DNA of 11,339 nucleotides from a virus: UHGV virus genome UHGV-0227772; one strand, 5' to 3'. Shown piece by piece: positions 7,262 to 11,339 of this stretch (position 1 is its first letter; each line of letters starts with the position of its first letter). The notes under the pieces were generated by a model. It saw only the letters and a program-made list of their open reading frames with translations, ran no database searches and was not told where the DNA came from. The position numbers and the translations under genes were made by a program.

Positions 7262-8348
7262 CGTAGCCGGACTTTACGAAAAATTTGATCGCAGAACTGG
7301 CAGAGTTTACTACCAGTATAAAAACCCTGTGACTGGAAAATTTCACGGGCTCGGAACAGACAAAGGTAAGGCAGAAAAAATCGCTTCCACAGCCAATCAG
7401 CGAATAGCTGCAGCAGAGGCTGAATATTTCATGCGCAAAATTGATGAAAGTCCGTCAGCAACAAAGCGTCGGGGTATCAGATTAAAGGCATGGGTTGATC
7501 GATATCTGAAAATACAGGACACGCGACTGAAAAATGGAGATATTGCAGCTACAACCCACAAAGAAAAAGTGCGAATGGCTGCATACCTGGTTTCCCGCCT
7601 GGGAAACCACCCATTGAAAGAACTGGAGGTAAGAGACTTTGCATTAATACTGGACGAGTGGATGGATAAAGACATGGTCAGCACAGCAAGAGTAAATCGC
7701 GGATTATGGGTTGATATTTATAAAGAAGCACAGCATGCAGGGGAAGTTCCTCCTGGATGGAATCCTCCGGAGGCTACCCGTAAACCGATCCCTAAAGTGA
7801 CCAGATCCAGACTCACCCTGGAAGACTGGCAAAAAATTTACAACGCAACGCCTGAAAAACACTTTATCCGTAACGCAATGCTTCTTGCGATTGTTACTGG
7901 TCAGCGCCGTGATGACATTTGCCACATGCGTTTTTCAGATGTGTGGAACGAACACTTGCATATCACCCAGGGAAAAACCGGAATGCGTCTGGCGTTACCG
8001 CTTACACTACGCTGTGATGCCATTGGGATAACGTTAAAAGAAGTTATTGATGGGTGCCGAGACAGAATATTAAGTCCATATCTAATCCATAGTCGGCACC
8101 AGAAACAACCAAAGCCGATGAGTAAAGACAACCTGAGCGACTACTTTGCCAAAGCACGGGATCTGGCTGGGATAACTCCACCAGCAGGAAAAACTCCGCC
8201 AACATTTCATGAACAACGCTCCCTGTCAGAACGACTGTACCGCGCGCAGGGTATTGATACAAAAACATTACTGGGACATAAAGTCCAGGCAACCACCGAT
8301 CGTTATAACGATACTCGTGGTCAGGAATGGGTTAAATTGGTTGTTTGA
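7230..8348 (+). CDS. int: Tyrosine site-specific integrase (lambda Int family)
   Basis: 372-aa ORF with GGAGA 9 nt upstream. Matches lambda Int along its length: VTGQRRDDICHMRFSDV (lambda VTGQRVGDLCEMKWSDI), PPTFHEQRSLSERLY (lambda PPTFHELRSLSARLY), LLGHK...TTDRYNDTRGQEW (lambda LLGHK...ASQYRDDRGREW) with the catalytic Tyr. Confidence 0.9.
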   Translation: MSPRPRKNSTDVAGLYEKFDRRTGRVYYQYKNPVTGKFHGLGTDKGKAEKIASTANQRIAAAEAEYFMRKIDESPSATKRRGIRLKAWVDRYLKIQDTRLKNGDIAATTHKEKVRMAAYLVSRLGNHPLKELEVRDFALILDEWMDKDMVSTARVNRGLWVDIYKEAQHAGEVPPGWNPPEATRKPIPKVTRSRLTLEDWQKIYNATPEKHFIRNAMLLAIVTGQRRDDICHMRFSDVWNEHLHITQGKTGMRLALPLTLRCDAIGITLKEVIDGCRDRILSPYLIHSRHQKQPKPMSKDNLSDYFAKARDLAGITPPAGKTPPTFHEQRSLSERLYRAQGIDTKTLLGHKVQATTDRYNDTRGQEWVKLVV

Positions 8349-8391
8349 CGAAATAAATACAGCTGAAAAATGTTGATATTGCTTTGCTAGT

Positions 8392-8416
8392 GTAAAAACC
8401 CCGGCATCAACCGGGG
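8392..8416 (-). terminator. Intrinsic terminator for the convergent minus-strand gene; may also stop int read-through
   Basis: Stem CCCCGG (8399-8404), loop CATCAA, stem CCGGGG (8411-8416); the A-run at 8394-8398 becomes a U-tract after the hairpin on the minus strand. Lies between the int stop (8348) and the stop of the 8425..8892 gene. Confidence 0.55.
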
Positions 8417-8424
8417 TTCGGAGA

Positions 8425-8892
8425 CTAATCTTGATCAGGTTCCTGCTTAGAATAATGTTTTCCAACAATAAATGCCGTAACCAATGCAACAAGATCTATT
8501 GAAACGAGAGTTCCGGCAAGAACTGTCTCCCCCATGACGCCAAAGACAGTGGCAGCTAAGATGATCAATATTGCCAACCAAAAAGCCTTTGTTTGACCAT
8601 CTCTGGCAATATCAATGCTATCAGCCACTGTTTTATGGCGATGAGCCTGCTCTTTTTCGGTCAACTCAACAAGTCGATTTGCAAGCCCAGGCACCAGTTG
8701 ATCATACTTTTTAAGCATTGAAGGTGGCGGAACAGGCCCCTGAAAATGCTGGCAAACAATAGCCCGCACCTGCGGACTATCCAAAACCCTGTTTAAGACC
8801 TCTGGATTTTCGATTACTCGAGAAACCAGTTCATTATCCTTTTGTTCTTCACAAGTGAGTTTGGTGTTCTCACTTTCTTTTTGATCTGGCAT
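8425..8892 (-). CDS. Membrane protein with a soluble N-terminal domain and two C-terminal transmembrane helices (DUF2335-like by recollection)
   Basis: 155-aa ORF. N-terminal motif QGPVPPPSMLKKYDQLVPGLANRLVELTEKEQAHRH, then hydrophobic segments AFWLAILIILAATVFGVMG and LAGTLVSIDLVALVTAFIVG. Convergent with int. Confidence 0.55.
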   Translation of the reverse strand: MPDQKESENTKLTCEEQKDNELVSRVIENPEVLNRVLDSPQVRAIVCQHFQGPVPPPSMLKKYDQLVPGLANRLVELTEKEQAHRHKTVADSIDIARDGQTKAFWLAILIILAATVFGVMGETVLAGTLVSIDLVALVTAFIVGKHYSKQEPDQD

Positions 8893-9073
8893 TGTTCAGC
8901 TTTTCAACGTTAACGGATACCATTGCTTTTTGGAAATCGCCTCTGATAGCCGCAGCATCCTGACGCAAAGCGGAAACTGGATTCGCTGGCATACCATTTG
9001 CTGAAACGACCGTCGGGCTCAGGGCTATAACCGAGCCAATGGCTTGTAACAAAGCCACACTTTTACGCTTCAT
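8870..9073 (-). CDS. Small secreted or periplasmic protein (67 aa) with an N-terminal signal peptide
   Basis: From ATG at 9071-9073 with AGGAG upstream: MKRKSVALLQAIGSVIALSPTVVSANG..., i.e. positive N-region, hydrophobic core and a VSA-type cleavage site. The track ORF starts 6 codons earlier. Overlaps the downstream membrane-protein gene by 23 nt, suggesting a two-gene operon. Confidence 0.45.
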   Translation of the reverse strand: MKRKSVALLQAIGSVIALSPTVVSANGMPANPVSALRQDAAAIRGDFQKAMVSVNVEKLNNARSKRK

Positions 9074-9555
9074 AGTCACTCCTGAGTTCAATGGGATTCA
9101 AAACGGATTCAAAGTGAATCTTGATAGCTAATTCTAATACCACATTATGTGGTTTTTCAACACGAAGAAATCACATCAAAAATCTCATTCGGAAAGCGAT
9201 ATGGGTAAACAAACTGGAATACTTTTCTGTCCTAGTAAGCTCACCCATGTATAAAAATGCTGTAAAATGCGTGGTCCTGTTTTGGGGAAAAGTTTTGGAG
9301 AGATTTTGGAGAAAGGAAAAAATTGAATAAATTCAAAATCCTGAAAGTGTCCCGCCTTATGAATAAGAAGGCAACAGAAATAGACGATTAGTGTTTTATA
9401 TTCAAAAGGTTAATAGCAAATTTGGCATGCTTTTTACTGTCGAGTAAACTGCATGCCTCTATCCATAAAATCAAACAGTTGCAATCTAATTTTGGAGAAC
9501 GTTTTTTCTTCTCCCTTTTAGTAAATCGCTATAAAAAACAACAAATGATATAAAA

Positions 9556-9887
9556 ATGAACAATCCTAATCCATGCATGACGTGTGGTGCCTGTTGTGCA
9601 TTTTCCGCGTCTCTTTTTACTGGGCTGAAGCAGATGATGCTGGCGGCACCATCCCCGTAACGATGACAGAACAAATCTCTCCGTACCATCGATGCATGCA
9701 GGGCACTAACCAGAAAAATCCTCGCTGTGTGGCCCTGTTCGGTGAGCCGGGAGTCAATGCCTGCTGCAGCATTTATGAAAATCGCTCATCCACCTGTAGA
9801 GAATTTCCGATGTCCGGCGAGAATGGTGTGATTAATGAAGCATGTAATCGTGCACGGGCGAAATACAGGCTACCCCCACTTTCCTAA
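9556..9887 (+). pseudogene. ykgJ: YkgJ-family cysteine-cluster protein gene with an apparent -1 frameshift in a T5 run
   Basis: Frame A from ATG 9556 encodes [21 protein letters not shown] (family-typical CxxCGxCC) and stops at 9658-9660. The rest ([63 protein letters not shown]...) is in the -1 frame, which the track lists as 9573..9887. The frames join if the T5 run at 9612-9616 were T6, giving about 110 aa. Confidence 0.5.
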
Positions 9888-9983
9888 ACGCGAGCGGTAT
9901 CACTGTAATGGATGGTTTTCTATGCGAACATTCTAGATGTCTTAACAACTCACTTATTGTAATCAAGTTTCTTTCTTCTGGTC

Positions 9984-10009
9984 GGGGAGCATGTTGCTCC
10001 CCTTTTTTT
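9984..10009 (+). terminator. Rho-independent terminator after the ykgJ-like gene
   Basis: Stem GGGGAGC (9984-9990), loop ATGTT, stem GCTCCCC (9996-10002), then TTTTTTT (10003-10009). Confidence 0.7.
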
Positions 10010-10133
10010 ATTGCATCATTACGGCAGCCACTGCACAGAGCGTTACCACCGTACCCAGCCACACAAAAAGCATGAAACACATCGCTCCTGCTGTGTAGCG
10101 CTTCTTTACGTATTTCAGATTTGCCTGTTTCAT
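10008..10133 (-). CDS. Candidate 41-aa hydrophobic small protein
   Basis: MKQANLKYVKKRYTAGAMCFMLFVWLGTVVTLCAVAAVMMQ: basic N-terminus plus one predicted transmembrane helix. Lies 43 nt downstream of the regulator gene on the same strand. Weak Shine-Dalgarno; below the track cutoff. Confidence 0.3.
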   Translation of the reverse strand: MKQANLKYVKKRYTAGAMCFMLFVWLGTVVTLCAVAAVMMQ

Positions 10134-10176
10134 GACAATTTACCAGATTGCTCTTCAGTACCGGATAACAATACGG

Positions 10177-10650
10177 CTATGCCCGTCCCACCAGGTGCTT
10201 CACACTCCTGTACCTCAGACCATTTTTACCAAGCCCCAGATACAGAAAGGTGTTCACCGTCTTCGTGTTTATCCCCATTTCACGCGCAAGATGACACGGC
10301 TTTGACTCACGGTACACATAACCAAACATCACCACCATCTCGGACATCGTCAGAGGACGCGCATACGTGTTCTGCACCCACTCACCGTTACGGATTTTCC
10401 TGTATGCATCCAGACGCCCCGTCATCTCCTCCGCATCCAGCTGAAGATAACGGCGTCCCTGAAACATACAGCGCATCAGCCTGCCAAGCAGCGCATCACA
10501 GATAATCACCCATGATTCATCATGCTCCGGTGTGTGCTTCCTGTTCTCCGGCATAAAAAACTCCCGGGCCAGTATGACACTGTACCCCTCAAGCATCTGT
10601 TGCAGGCCATACTCCAGATAACGGTTGCGGGTCGCCAGAATCACCTTCAT
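10177..10650 (-). CDS. Putative LuxR/GerE-type HTH transcriptional regulator with a degenerate receiver-like N-terminus
   Basis: 157-aa ORF with GAGGA 9 nt upstream. C-terminal segment LTMSEMVVMFGYVYRESKPCHLAREMGINTKTVNTFLYLGLGKNGL loosely fits a LuxR-type HTH; N-terminus MKVILATRNRYLEYGL resembles a receiver start. Family assignment is tentative. Confidence 0.45.
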   Translation of the reverse strand: MKVILATRNRYLEYGLQQMLEGYSVILAREFFMPENRKHTPEHDESWVIICDALLGRLMRCMFQGRRYLQLDAEEMTGRLDAYRKIRNGEWVQNTYARPLTMSEMVVMFGYVYRESKPCHLAREMGINTKTVNTFLYLGLGKNGLRYRSVKHLVGRA

Positions 10651-10679
10651 CGCATATCCTCACTGTCTCTGAACACATG

Positions 10680-10713
10680 AAAAAAACGGCAGGCCAAAAT
10701 CCCGCGCCTGCCG
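10680..10713 (-). terminator. Rho-independent terminator after the autotransporter-anchor ORF
   Basis: Stem CGGCAGGC (10687-10694) / GCCTGCCG (10706-10713); the A7 run at 10680-10686 becomes a U7 tract after the hairpin on the minus strand. Confidence 0.65.
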
Positions 10714-10738
10714 TCATGCTTCATGTCACTGTCAGCAA

Positions 10739-11251
10739 TTAAAACTCGAAGTTAACGCCCACGTTGTAAGAAACGTCACCGTCGCTTGCTGCAATACCCG
10801 CTTTCGCTGCGGTCTGCTCATTGAAACGGTAGCCAACACCGACAGCAACGGCCTGTTTGTCACTGTAACCACCCAGGGCTGCCGTGGCGTTGAATTTGCC
10901 CACACTGTACGGCTGGAACAGACCGGCAAGTGCTGCACTCTGTGCCGCTGCGCGTTTCATCTCTTCGTGGTTTTCACGAATCTGGCGTTGATGGTCATTC
11001 AGACGCGCATTGTGCTCCTGCAGCTGGCGGCTGTTTGACTGAATCGCTTTTCTGTTGGTTGCAATGTCCTGGCTGTTAGTTCTTACAGATTTATCAAGGT
11101 CAACCACCGCTTCATTTACGCGTTTGGTTGTCTGCGTGTTACGGGCAGTGGTCAGACACATCCCTGCTGATACTGGTGATGACGCCATCGCTGTTGTACA
11201 CCAGTTTAAGTGTGTCCTGAGCGAATAAAGACTGGCATTCATACCAGTCAT
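10739..11251 (-). CDS. Trimeric-autotransporter (YadA-like) coiled-coil stalk plus C-terminal beta-barrel anchor, lacking a signal peptide; likely a fragment or part of a chimera
   Basis: C-terminus [65 protein letters not shown] matches the YadA/Hia-type anchor pattern with terminal aromatic. Preceded by a heptad-like stalk ([67 protein letters not shown]). The N-terminal 35 residues of the ORF look non-coding. Confidence 0.6.
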   Translation of the reverse strand: MTGMNASLYSLRTHLNWCTTAMASSPVSAGMCLTTARNTQTTKRVNEAVVDLDKSVRTNSQDIATNRKAIQSNSRQLQEHNARLNDHQRQIRENHEEMKRAAAQSAALAGLFQPYSVGKFNATAALGGYSDKQAVAVGVGYRFNEQTAAKAGIAASDGDVSYNVGVNFEF

Positions 11252-11336
11252 GACCTTCTGCTGATTTCAGGTACATCGCACCTGGTACATCCGGCTTCTC
11301 CGGTGTGTAGAGCGTGAAGTTTTTAAAATTATTCAT
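11139..11336 (-). pseudogene. N-terminal fragment of a phage tail-fiber assembly protein (Tfa), truncated at about 65 aa
   Basis: [65 protein letters not shown] resembles the N-termini of enterobacterial Tfa proteins as I recall them (WYE.Q.NFQPDTLK.VYD.NGVI..I.KDVS). In-frame stop immediately upstream of the ATG, and a stop at 11139 where full-length Tfa would continue. Confidence 0.5.
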
Positions 11337-11339
11337 TTA

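Noticed and set aside
7397-8292. Minus-strand ORFs 7397..7684, 7704..7925, 7901..8131 and 8044..8292 inside int
   Set aside because: Antisense to the integrase, which matches lambda Int along its whole length.
8349-8424. Possible tRNA or tmRNA 3' fragment serving as the attachment site
   Set aside because: No T-arm-like GGTTCGAATCC or CCA-end pattern; the only structure is the terminator hairpin.
9121-9330. 69-aa plus-strand ORF in the AT-rich spacer
   Set aside because: No ribosome-binding site, AT-rich low-complexity translation, located in a probable promoter region.
9832-10505. ORFs 9832..10080 (-) and 10011..10505 (+)
   Set aside because: The first runs through the terminator hairpin and overlaps the ykgJ-like gene antisense; the second is antisense to the regulator gene with a Ser/Pro/His-rich translation. 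Both judged spurious.
1-11339. CRISPR array or other long tandem-repeat structure
   Set aside because: No regularly spaced 25-40 bp direct repeats with unique spacers; the only tandem repeats are the 15-bp iterons (1036-1095) and short AT-rich motifs.

Overview
This window reads as the early-regulatory half and integration end of a lambdoid (Rac/Qin-type) enterobacterial prophage, followed by about 3 kb of flanking or decayed DNA. All calls rest on reading the translations and sequence by eye; no searches were run. Minus-strand replication/lysogeny-control operon (1-2187): Cro-like YdaS, CII-like YdaT, an O-like replication initiator carrying internal iterons, and a DnaC-like helicase loader cut by the window start. 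Divergent plus-strand operon (2284-8348): a DicA/PaaR2-like repressor, a PaaA2/ParE2-like toxin-antitoxin pair in the position lambda gives to rexAB, a ydfA-like small gene, a DicF-like sRNA, dicB, a ydfD-like gene, an 829-aa exonuclease, xis and a lambda-type int. Right of int lie a convergent two-gene cassette (small secreted protein plus a two-helix membrane protein), an AT-rich spacer, a ykgJ-like gene with an apparent frameshift, a LuxR-like regulator, and a chimera of a tail-fiber-assembly N-terminal fragment with a trimeric-autotransporter anchor. No single obviously new system stands out; the most unusual items are that chimera, the int-proximal cassette, the exonuclease architecture and the toxin-antitoxin placement.
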